This document shows positions 9,764 to 17,169 of a stretch of 64,000 nucleotides of DNA, piece by piece. The stretch comes from Candidatus Cloacimonadota bacterium. GTDB lineage: Bacteria > Cloacimonadota > Cloacimonadia > Cloacimonadales > TCS61. Position 1 is the first letter of the stretch; each line of letters opens with the position of its first letter. Where the stretch lies: the NCBI GenBank assembly GCA_018400535.1, contig JAGYMQ010000143.1, positions 12,227-76,226 of the forward strand. The letters are read 5' to 3'. The position numbers and the translations under genes were made by a program. The notes below the pieces were generated by a model. That model had not been told where the DNA came from. It saw only the letters and a list, made by a program, of their open reading frames with translations, and searched no databases.

Positions 9764-10030
9764 AAAACAGCTCTCCAGGACTTCTGCATAATAACACTTT
9801 TTTGTCATTCTGCTTGCCTTGCCATAGTGCAACGAAGACTGGATGTATCTGACACTATTTCTCTGGAAGAATTTTATGAACGTTTTCAGCTTTACTCTTC
9901 TGTTTGTGAACAAGATACGAGAATAATTATTGAAAGATGAGCACGAGATTCTTCAAAAGCAAAGATGGAAGATTCCTCAGAATGACATTCTTTTTGAATC
10001 ATGCAAACTACATAAAAAAAACAGCTCCCC
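9762..10030. repeat. Insertion-like ~250-bp module bounded by a 15-nt direct repeat (aaaaaacagctcYcc), with an internal degenerate inverted repeat built on tgcat-N14-gtcattctg cores
   Basis: Direct repeat copies at 9762-9776 and 10016-10030 (14/15 identical). Inverted cores tgtcattctg (about 9804-9813) and cagaatgaca (about 9978-9987). In both arms tgcat lies 14 nt outside the core. Confidence 0.3.
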
Positions 10031-10044
10031 GAATGAGGAGCTGT
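10014..10044 (-). terminator. Rho-independent terminator of the TPR gene
   Basis: 8-bp stem acagctcc/ggagctgt with an 8-nt loop. The A8 run on the plus strand gives a U-tract on the minus-strand transcript. Confidence 0.7.
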
Positions 10045-10064
10045 GCAAAGAATCAAAATGCTTT

Positions 10065-11660
10065 TTAAAATGCACCTTTTTTTGTTGCATTTTTCAGTTG
10101 ATTTAGAGTTTGTTTTTTTGCCTTAATATCTTTCAGCACAGATGTGTCTTTAGTTTTTTCTGCAGCTTGATCCAAATACTCTTCAGATTTCACGAAATAA
10201 TCATAGGCTTCTGATTTTACTTTATCTCTTTTTTCTACAAGTTCATCGGCTTTTTTGCCATAATAAACACTTTTATCTTTATATTTCTCTTCATAATCCA
10301 GATATTGCTCATATTTTGCATAACCCAAACTCTGATTTACAAACGCCAGAACCAGATAAGCTTCATGATGTTCAGGATCTATTTCTATTGCCTGTTTTGC
10401 GTTTTTGCTTGCTTCATCATATCGTTTGAGTGCAATGTAGCCATCTGCCAGTCGTAAATATACCTTCTGGTTTTCTGGTTTCAGATCCTTCAATTGCAAA
10501 AGCACTTCTAAAGCTTTTTCGTTTTTGTTGGATACGCGATAAGCTCCAGCAAGATTGAAATAAGCGCTGGTATTTTCTGGTTGTTCTGCCAGAACTTTTT
10601 TGTAATTTTCGATTGCTTCATCCAAACGGTTTGTTTTGAAATAGCATTTTGCTAACTTTTTCTGCAAATCATCATCTTCAGGAAAATATTCGGTCGCTTC
10701 TTCTAAATAGAATATCGCATCATTAAATGATTCCTGGTCATAAAGCAAAAGAGCTAATTTTTGATATGCTTCTCCATAATCATCTTTGATCTCGATGGCT
10801 GTTTCCAGAGCTTCTTGAGCTTCTTGATAGTATTCCATCTCTTCATAAATATCGCCGATACGCAACCATATTTCAGCGTTTTCTGGCTCGATATCCGCAA
10901 TTTTTTCTAGTGATTCAATTGCATCTTCAAAAGATTCTACTTGCTTATAGGATTTGCTGAGATAGTTTAGAATATCTATATTGTCAGGATCGATATCCAA
11001 TCCTTGCTCAAAATAATTGATCGCTTCCTGAAATTCCGTATTGATGAAACTGATGATCCCCAGAAAAAAGTAAGCTTCGACATTCTGCGGATCTAACTGT
11101 AACAATTTAGTGAAATTTTCATAGGCAGAAGTGTAATTTTTGCTATTAAAATGCTGCATAGCAATATTCTTTACTTCTTCGATCTCTCCCTGCCCCATTG
11201 TCTCCAATCTTGCTAAAAGCTCAATCTCTATTTTATCTCGGCGTTCGCTACTTTTTTTCGTAACATTAAAAATAGCAGATTCGACACTTTTTGATTTGGT
11301 GCTCATTATTTTGGCAATTACTTTGAAATCGTTATCTGCTCCTTCATAAACATCTCCCCAAACCACAATATCAGCTTGTAATTCTTCGCCGATCTTTCCA
11401 ACTTCTTCAGAACCCAGAAAGGAAAGATCGCTAACTCCAGAAGCTTCGAAAGCCTTCTCAGATTTTTTTAATGAGATCAATTCCAATTTCTCATTATCAT
11501 CGAAAATCTTTTCAAAATCTCGCTTCATCATATTTTTTGTTACGTAATTGCTGGGACGATCATTTGCCTTAAAACCAAGAATGGCTACTTGTTGCGTTAC
11601 TGAAAACGCGATAGTTTGCGTTAGCAATACCAAACTGGTGATCAACAAAATTTTCTTCAT
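10065..11660 (-). CDS. Secreted TPR-repeat protein with an N-terminal non-TPR domain
   Basis: Signal peptide MKKILLITSLVLLTQTIAFS, with GGAGGAG 5 nt upstream of the ATG at 11660. About 10 TPR-like repeats follow (A..YF.LG....., A...F..AL..DP.N). Confidence 0.75.
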   Translation of the reverse strand: MKKILLITSLVLLTQTIAFSVTQQVAILGFKANDRPSNYVTKNMMKRDFEKIFDDNEKLELISLKKSEKAFEASGVSDLSFLGSEEVGKIGEELQADIVVWGDVYEGADNDFKVIAKIMSTKSKSVESAIFNVTKKSSERRDKIEIELLARLETMGQGEIEEVKNIAMQHFNSKNYTSAYENFTKLLQLDPQNVEAYFFLGIISFINTEFQEAINYFEQGLDIDPDNIDILNYLSKSYKQVESFEDAIESLEKIADIEPENAEIWLRIGDIYEEMEYYQEAQEALETAIEIKDDYGEAYQKLALLLYDQESFNDAIFYLEEATEYFPEDDDLQKKLAKCYFKTNRLDEAIENYKKVLAEQPENTSAYFNLAGAYRVSNKNEKALEVLLQLKDLKPENQKVYLRLADGYIALKRYDEASKNAKQAIEIDPEHHEAYLVLAFVNQSLGYAKYEQYLDYEEKYKDKSVYYGKKADELVEKRDKVKSEAYDYFVKSEEYLDQAAEKTKDTSVLKDIKAKKQTLNQLKNATKKGAF

Positions 11661-11925
11661 TATCTCCTCCAGATTTTCTCCGTTATTTTTTTTCATTCAG
11701 TGAAAAATCATCTAATAAATCTTGTTTTTGATTGAGTTCAAAATTTAATTTTAACATTCAAAATGCAAGATTTTTTTTGGAAGATTTGATAATGAACAAT
11801 TTGAAATGAAATGAAAAATCAAAATTTTACTCAATTTTCAGGATTTCTACGAGTATAGAAAACCAGAGAAAACAAGAATAATGCTAGTTATTCTGTAATC
11901 AACTGGAAAATGTATCAATTGTAAA

Positions 11926-12660
11926 TTATTTTATCCACTTTTTCTTGATGTTATAGATGCTCAAAGTAAACAATAAAACGATAAATCCAAGCAATATGAC
12001 AATATTGACGGCAGTTTGAAAGATGTGAATTCCATTGATTGAATTCCTCAAAAGATCAACTCCATAAGTTACAGGCAAAATAAAAGACAAAGGTCTGATG
12101 ATGATCGGCAATGACAGAACTGGAACAAAAAGGCCGCAAAGAAATATCATCGGAAACCTGAAAAAGTTTGAATAGGTTTGTGCTTCAAACACTTCTTTTG
12201 CTGCGACTGAAATATATAAACCCAAAAGAGTTGATACCACCGAAAGCAGGATGATCCCTGAAATTAAAGAAAACATACTGCTGATATTCAATTTAAAATA
12301 AAAAATTGCCACCAAAACAGGGATCAGGCTGTTAAAAATACCAAAAAGAATCGCTCCGGAAATTTTTGCAAAAACAAGACTTTCTATGCTAATCGGGGCA
12401 AGAAGCAGTCGCTCAAAAGACCTAGCTTTTCTTTCAAAAGTGATTGTTACTGCCAGCATTGAAGTTGTTCCAAAAAGAATAGACATCGAGACAATTCCCG
12501 GAAAAACTTCCTGGATGTTAATAGCAGTTTTAGTTCGAATGAACATCATCAGCATCCATGCAAAGGGAAATATTATACCCCAACTGATATTTGGCGGTTT
12601 AAGGTAATAATTTTTCATATCTTTGGAAAGAATACTCCAAAATGGAATGAGTGCTCTCAT
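11926..12660 (-). CDS. ABC-2 type transporter permease
   Basis: Six hydrophobic segments, typical ~240-aa ABC-2 architecture, 4-nt overlap with the upstream ATPase gene. Confidence 0.8.
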   Translation of the reverse strand: MRALIPFWSILSKDMKNYYLKPPNISWGIIFPFAWMLMMFIRTKTAINIQEVFPGIVSMSILFGTTSMLAVTITFERKARSFERLLLAPISIESLVFAKISGAILFGIFNSLIPVLVAIFYFKLNISSMFSLISGIILLSVVSTLLGLYISVAAKEVFEAQTYSNFFRFPMIFLCGLFVPVLSLPIIIRPLSFILPVTYGVDLLRNSINGIHIFQTAVNIVILLGFIVLLFTLSIYNIKKKWIK

Positions 12661-13628
12661 TTCTTCTCCTTCTCTTTTTTCATCATCTTGAGTTCGATTC
12701 CGGTCACATCGACAAAAACATCTTCGAGACTTGGTTTCATTACTTTCGCTTCCAATACATTGAACTCTTTTCGATCGAGATAATTGATAAGTGGAACAAT
12801 ATTAATGTCATTTTTTCCGCTGAATTCAATAGTCTTTTGATTGAGAATTTTACAATCTAACTTACCAAAATTTGCTTTTAATTCAGTGATCAATTCTTCT
12901 TCCATAAATTTTTTTTCAGCAAATGAAATCTCGATTTTTTTCTTTTCTTTATTGGATATTAGAAGATTGTCAACTGAATCCAATTTAATGATCTTCCCGC
13001 TTTTGATAAAAGCAATGCGATTGCAAAGTCTTTCAGCTTCTTCAATATAATGCGTTGTGAGAAAGATCGTTGTTCCCCTTTTGTTCAGCTTTTTTATTAA
13101 TTCTCGAATATGACGTCCGCTGGCTACATCAATTCCTGTCGTTGGCTCGTCCAAAAACAATATTTCCGGATTGTGCATTAATCCTGCGGCAATTGTTAAT
13201 TTTCGTTTCATTCCCTTTGAATAAGCATTGAATTTCCTGTTCTTAAATTCAGCTAGTCCAAAAGTTTCTAACAGCTTTTTTGCTCTTTGCTCTCGTTCAA
13301 TTTTTGGCATTCCATACAAAGAACCGCAGAAACAAAGATTGTCAAAACCGTTCATTTCTGCATAAAGATTGCTTTCATCTGCTACAACTCCGATTAGCTT
13401 TTGAGCTTTTTTCATTATTTTCGTAACGTTTTCATCATAATAAAAAACCTGTCCGGAACTCACTTTTGCCATACCAATCAACATATTGATGGTTGTGGTT
13501 TTACCAGCACCGTTCGGCCCCAAGAAACCGAAGATCTCACCCTTTTGAACATCAAAATTGATACTATCGACTGCAGTGAAATCTCCAAATTGCTTTGTTA
13601 AATTTTTTGCTTCGATTATCTTCTTCAT
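12657..13628 (-). CDS. ABC transporter ATP-binding protein (DrrA/NatA-like, pairs with the ABC-2 permease)
   Basis: Walker A GPNGAGKTTT, signature YSKGMKRKL, Walker B ILFLDEPTTGID, H-loop TTH. Confidence 0.9.
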   Translation of the reverse strand: MKKIIEAKNLTKQFGDFTAVDSINFDVQKGEIFGFLGPNGAGKTTTINMLIGMAKVSSGQVFYYDENVTKIMKKAQKLIGVVADESNLYAEMNGFDNLCFCGSLYGMPKIEREQRAKKLLETFGLAEFKNRKFNAYSKGMKRKLTIAAGLMHNPEILFLDEPTTGIDVASGRHIRELIKKLNKRGTTIFLTTHYIEEAERLCNRIAFIKSGKIIKLDSVDNLLISNKEKKKIEISFAEKKFMEEELITELKANFGKLDCKILNQKTIEFSGKNDINIVPLINYLDRKEFNVLEAKVMKPSLEDVFVDVTGIELKMMKKEKEKK

Positions 13629-13653
13629 AGCACCTCCATTAATTTATTCATAA

Positions 13654-13669
13654 ATTAGTATATACTAAT
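13654..13669. promoter_or_regulatory. Perfect 16-bp palindrome ATTAGTATATACTAAT; candidate ArsR-family operator
   Basis: Read directly in the 59-nt gap between arsR-like and the ABC ATPase gene. It lies about 25 nt upstream of the GGAGG of the ATPase gene. Confidence 0.4.
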
Positions 13670-13687
13670 GTTGTTTATCAAAAAAAA

Positions 13688-13966
13688 TCAGTCTTTCATC
13701 AAATCTGACAAACTCGTTCTAAGTTCTCTTAATTTGACTTTATTGAGTGAATAATGAACTTGTTGAGCGATTTTTTCACGATCAACAAAACCACCTTGCC
13801 TTAGAATTCTCAAATGCTGAGAAACTGCTGACTGAGTAACATCAAGACGACAAGTTATTGCATTTACACACAAACGTTTATGATTGATCAGGAGCAAAAT
13901 TATTTTTAATCGAGTCAGATCAGAAATAATTTTCAAATCATCCGCAATATGTTCAAGTTCTACCAT
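13688..13966 (-). CDS. ArsR/SmtB-family winged-helix transcriptional regulator
   Basis: HTH core LKIISDLTRLKIILLL...CVNAITCRLDVTQSAVSQHLRILRQGGFV. The ATG at 13966 follows the upstream stop by 1 nt, so the ORF-track start at 14005 is likely too long. Confidence 0.8.
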   Translation of the reverse strand: MVELEHIADDLKIISDLTRLKIILLLINHKRLCVNAITCRLDVTQSAVSQHLRILRQGGFVDREKIAQQVHYSLNKVKLRELRTSLSDLMKD

Positions 13967-13967
13967 A

Positions 13968-14426
13968 TTATTCTTCACAATCCGAGGTTTCAGCTTCTTC
14001 ATCAAGAACTGGAAGTATATTTTTTTCAGAAAGCAAATCGGGGTTTTCCAAAGCGAGTTGCAGATCCTCTAAGGACCAATTACCTTCGTGGCGGCCGATT
14101 CCATTCATAAATTCAGGAAAATGAACAAAGGAAGCTATTCTTTTGCCGATTTTTACTGTGAATTTATCTCCGATCACAACGGCAAAAGGAAAATGTTTTT
14201 CTGGTAATCCATTTTCACTAATAATTTCTGCATTTTCGTCGTCTTCAATATCATAATATCTAATTTCGTAAAATTGCGAATAGTTCTCTAATAGTGAATC
14301 TACTTTGCTTAAAACTATTTGAGAAGGTTTTTTTTCTTTGTAAAAAACGCTGACAACTGTTTTGGTTGAAGCAAATAAGGCCAAACTTATTACAATTAAA
14401 GCTACAAGAAATAATCGAATTTTCAT
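13968..14426 (-). CDS. Secreted protein of unknown function with an acidic C-terminal tail
   Basis: Signal peptide MKIRLFLVALIVISLALFAS. C-terminus LDEEAETSDCEE. First gene of the arsR-ABC string. Confidence 0.55.
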   Translation of the reverse strand: MKIRLFLVALIVISLALFASTKTVVSVFYKEKKPSQIVLSKVDSLLENYSQFYEIRYYDIEDDENAEIISENGLPEKHFPFAVVIGDKFTVKIGKRIASFVHFPEFMNGIGRHEGNWSLEDLQLALENPDLLSEKNILPVLDEEAETSDCEE

Positions 14427-14945
14427 AGATGCTCTCCTTTTTGTTTTTCCAAAAATTTTTCGGGTTATTTTTGAAGCAAGTTTTTTTTAAAATATCAATA
14501 AATCTAGATAAAAGGATTTACCACAAAATAGTAATTCCCGAAGATGCTATAGAATTTCAAAAATTTATCAGTAAATTTTTTGTTTTAATTAAAGAGCCTA
14601 ATGCAATCTTTAGTGATAGAACTTTGCAAAAGAAAAAGTAGGAATACAATATTTTGGTAAAGAAAAAGATAAGATCCTGAATTCCTTAAAAACAGAAATA
14701 AGTTTAAAAAGCTGATTCCTGATGCTTAGATAAATATATTACCAGAAAAAAATCATGTGATATTAGATAAAAGCAAAGAGATTTTAAAATTTTTGGAAAG
14801 ATAGCCATCGAGAAAGGAAATTTACCTTAATCTAATCTTGCTGATCTTGATATTTCAACAAGATCATAAAAATTTTTTTGCAATATAATTCAATTTTCTT
14901 GTTGTATATTTTTTATCACTAATCCACAAAATCCATTATTTGAAT

Positions 14946-14977
14946 AAAAAAAAGTGAGCCATTCTCAGCTCACTTTT
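14946..14977 (-). terminator. Rho-independent terminator of the pilin-like gene (bidirectional shape)
   Basis: 7-bp stem agtgagc/gctcact with an 8-nt loop, flanked by A8 on the left and T4 on the right. Confidence 0.7.
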
Positions 14978-14995
14978 GTCAGAAAAAATCATTAA

Positions 14996-15421
14996 TCAAT
15001 TGTTTATCGTCGTGTTGATTGAATGGGTTGATCCTGTTATCTGCATTGTGGCTTGCACGCTGTTTGATCCATCATTTCCTGTTTCATTGCCAACGCCAGT
15101 GATCGTCAGAACATCTGCGCTGACCGAGAAGGTATAGATTCCATTTTCTGTGGTGATCTGGTCTGTAGTTTCGTTATAATTGTAGCCTAGAAAAAGTCCG
15201 ACATTGAGAGGATCGCTGGTCCACGAATTATCGCCACCACCATAGTTAGATGGTGTTTTGTAAAAAGCAAGAGCTTGTGCAGCAAATTGGTTCATATCAC
15301 TCAAAATAGCTTGTCTGTTTGCGCTGGTGGCTTGAGCATTGAACATAGTGATGCCCACTGCAACTGCGATACCTACGATAATTACACTCAAAACAATTAA
15401 CAATATTTGCTGTGTTCCTAT
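14996..15421 (-). CDS. Orphan pilin/pseudopilin-like small protein with an atypical N-terminus. The proposed start is ATA at 15421. The alternative is TTG at 15403.
   Basis: An N-terminal hydrophobic helix ILLIVLSVIIVGIAVAVGITMF is followed by the amphipathic stretch NAQATSANRQAILSDMNQFAAQALAFY and a G/N/T/S-rich beta-type C-terminal part. AAGGAGG lies 6 nt upstream of the in-frame ATA. Confidence 0.5.
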   Translation of the reverse strand: MGTQQILLIVLSVIIVGIAVAVGITMFNAQATSANRQAILSDMNQFAAQALAFYKTPSNYGGGDNSWTSDPLNVGLFLGYNYNETTDQITTENGIYTFSVSADVLTITGVGNETGNDGSNSVQATMQITGSTHSINTTINN

Positions 15422-15442
15422 GAATTTCCTCCTTAATTTAGG

Positions 15443-15541
15443 ATAACAATATTTTAAGTATTTACAAAAGGTGAAGATTCTGGAATACTGTCAAGTAATA
15501 GAAATTGTGTTTTTCGCTAAAAGTTTCCTGAATATTGTTAT
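15443..15541. repeat. Perfect 11-bp inverted repeat (ataacaatatt / aatattgttat) spaced by 77 nt, upstream of the pilin-like gene
   Basis: Read directly. The arms are at 15443-15453 and 15531-15541 and bracket a TTGACA hexamer (minus strand, 15494-15489). Confidence 0.5.
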
Positions 15542-15577
15542 TGAGACGTTTCTGGTTATTTTGTTAATAATCAAAAT

Positions 15578-15617
15578 TCTGAATATCTACACTTACATTT
15601 CAAATGTTGATATTCTG
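15578..15617 (-). terminator. Possible weak terminator hairpin after the 15625-16266 gene
   Basis: Imperfect inverted repeat ctgaatatctac / gttgatattctg (10/12) with a 16-nt spacer. The downstream sequence on the minus strand is T-rich. Confidence 0.35.
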
Positions 15618-15624
15618 GTTAAAA

Positions 15625-16266
15625 TTATCTCCAGACTTCCAAAATCCTTTTTTCGATGCCGGGAATATTACCACCACCTTCGAATTTAACAAATAAGCCA
15701 TCAGAAGATCGAAACCAGTAATGTCCTTTCCAGAAAATGGAAAAAAATCCAACGGGTTCGATCTCAACCTTGCAAGTTTTGTATTTTTCCTTTTGGATAA
15801 AGATCTCTTCTTGATCCAATTTGTTTGCTCTGATTTTGAACATTGATAAATCATCAATCCGGAAAATCCAAAAAACTATTTCCTCTTCCCCACTTTGCAC
15901 AAATTTTCCCAGCGAATATGACATCGATTGTTGCCAGGGAACATCTCCCAGATCATATTCTTTTTCAATTTCTTTGCCCTCAGAATTTCCCCTCACCAGA
16001 ATTTTATCATTTTGTTTAGAAACTGTGATATGTGTCTTTTGCGTGGAATCGATCAAAACAAATTTTTCTGTAAGATTATCATCATTATAATAACTGATCT
16101 GACGATTCGTTCCATCTCGATATGTATAAATCAAAAGGTTGTCTGTTTGCAGAGATTGGAATTGAACAAATCGCGTATCATTTCCTTCAGTTAATTTATA
16201 TTCGATTTCTTCTGCGATCAAATGGAAACAGGATACAAGCAATATAATCAAAAATGACTTTTTCAT
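15625..16266 (-). CDS. Secreted hypothetical protein (beta-rich)
   Basis: Signal peptide MKKSFLIILLVSCFHLIA. I recognise no catalytic motif. 4-nt overlap with the upstream gene. Confidence 0.6.
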   Translation of the reverse strand: MKKSFLIILLVSCFHLIAEEIEYKLTEGNDTRFVQFQSLQTDNLLIYTYRDGTNRQISYYNDDNLTEKFVLIDSTQKTHITVSKQNDKILVRGNSEGKEIEKEYDLGDVPWQQSMSYSLGKFVQSGEEEIVFWIFRIDDLSMFKIRANKLDQEEIFIQKEKYKTCKVEIEPVGFFSIFWKGHYWFRSSDGLFVKFEGGGNIPGIEKRILEVWR

Positions 16267-17150
16267 TTATTTATTCGGATCAGTTCCTCAAGTTTGATAC
16301 GGAAAATTTCCATCTGTTCGTTCGTGATGACAAGCGTTTCTTCATCAAAACAAATTCCTTCACACTGTTTTGCCTTAATAGGAAGCCAGCTAATCTTTCC
16401 TTGGAAATAGTTATCATTATCGCTCTCGAAAAGCCAAATGGCATTGTAAGTAAGAACTGCTAATTTTTCTCCATCAAGCGATGCATCTGCCGCTGTTACC
16501 ATTCCCTGAATATCGAAAGTTGCAATACGTGTAACAGGATTATCTTTCAACGGATCCATCGCATCAAAACGATAGAGATGAGTTTGGGTATCGGCACGGT
16601 GTTTGGTGAGGAGATAAAGCTTATCCTTTGCCCAGAATAATGCTTCACAATCGAAGTTGTTGGGATCGGCAGGAAATCGAGTTTGTTCAGGAAAGTAGAA
16701 ATCTATTCTTTGCGAGATCCTGGTGAGACTTGTAACATTTGGATTAGGATCTTTCAGAATATAGATCGCCAAATCTCGTCGCATATTCTCGTTATTTCCG
16801 CAGGCTGCTATGTAGAGATTTCCATGATTGTCGACCGCCATATCTTCCCAATCGATATTTACTGCATCTCCGATATAAACACCACCCTGCGTGCTATCAT
16901 ACCAGGCAGGACGATAAAGATCGCCCCGGGAATTAATGGGGAAAATACGATTTTTTGCTCCCGAATCGTTCAAAGTCCAGAATACATCGTTCCACATCCT
17001 GCTTTTTACAATGGCAGAAGATTCGTTGATCTGAGGGTAATTGAAAAGAGCGTTTGGTGTTAATTTCACAACCTCAGTTTCGGGAAAATGGAGTTGGGCT
17101 AAGAGGATAATTGGTAAAAAAATGGTTAGAGATAATATGAGATTTTTCAT
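16263..17150 (-). CDS. Secreted hypothetical protein, probable beta-propeller fold
   Basis: Signal peptide MKNLILSLTIFLPIILLAQ. Repeated blade-like segments (SGAKNRIFPIN, DMAVDNHGNLYIAACGN, EALFWAKDKLYLLTK, EGICFDEETLVITNE). Confidence 0.6.
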   Translation of the reverse strand: MKNLILSLTIFLPIILLAQLHFPETEVVKLTPNALFNYPQINESSAIVKSRMWNDVFWTLNDSGAKNRIFPINSRGDLYRPAWYDSTQGGVYIGDAVNIDWEDMAVDNHGNLYIAACGNNENMRRDLAIYILKDPNPNVTSLTRISQRIDFYFPEQTRFPADPNNFDCEALFWAKDKLYLLTKHRADTQTHLYRFDAMDPLKDNPVTRIATFDIQGMVTAADASLDGEKLAVLTYNAIWLFESDNDNYFQGKISWLPIKAKQCEGICFDEETLVITNEQMEIFRIKLEELIRINK

Positions 17151-17169
17151 TAATTTATTTTTCCTTTAA

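Noticed and set aside
11931-11938. DnaA-box-like TTATCCAC, and the presence of gyrB-gyrA, considered as a hint of a replication origin.
   Set aside because: It is a single isolated box inside the 3' end of a permease gene. There is no cluster of boxes and no dnaA, dnaN or recF nearby. The 283-bp region upstream of gyrB has no boxes. The polarity evidence points to a terminus instead.
14429-14641. 70-aa plus-strand ORF in the spacer upstream of the arsR-ABC string.
   Set aside because: It is low-complexity F/K/I-rich, has no RBS, and lies in AT-rich non-coding DNA. It is likely spurious.
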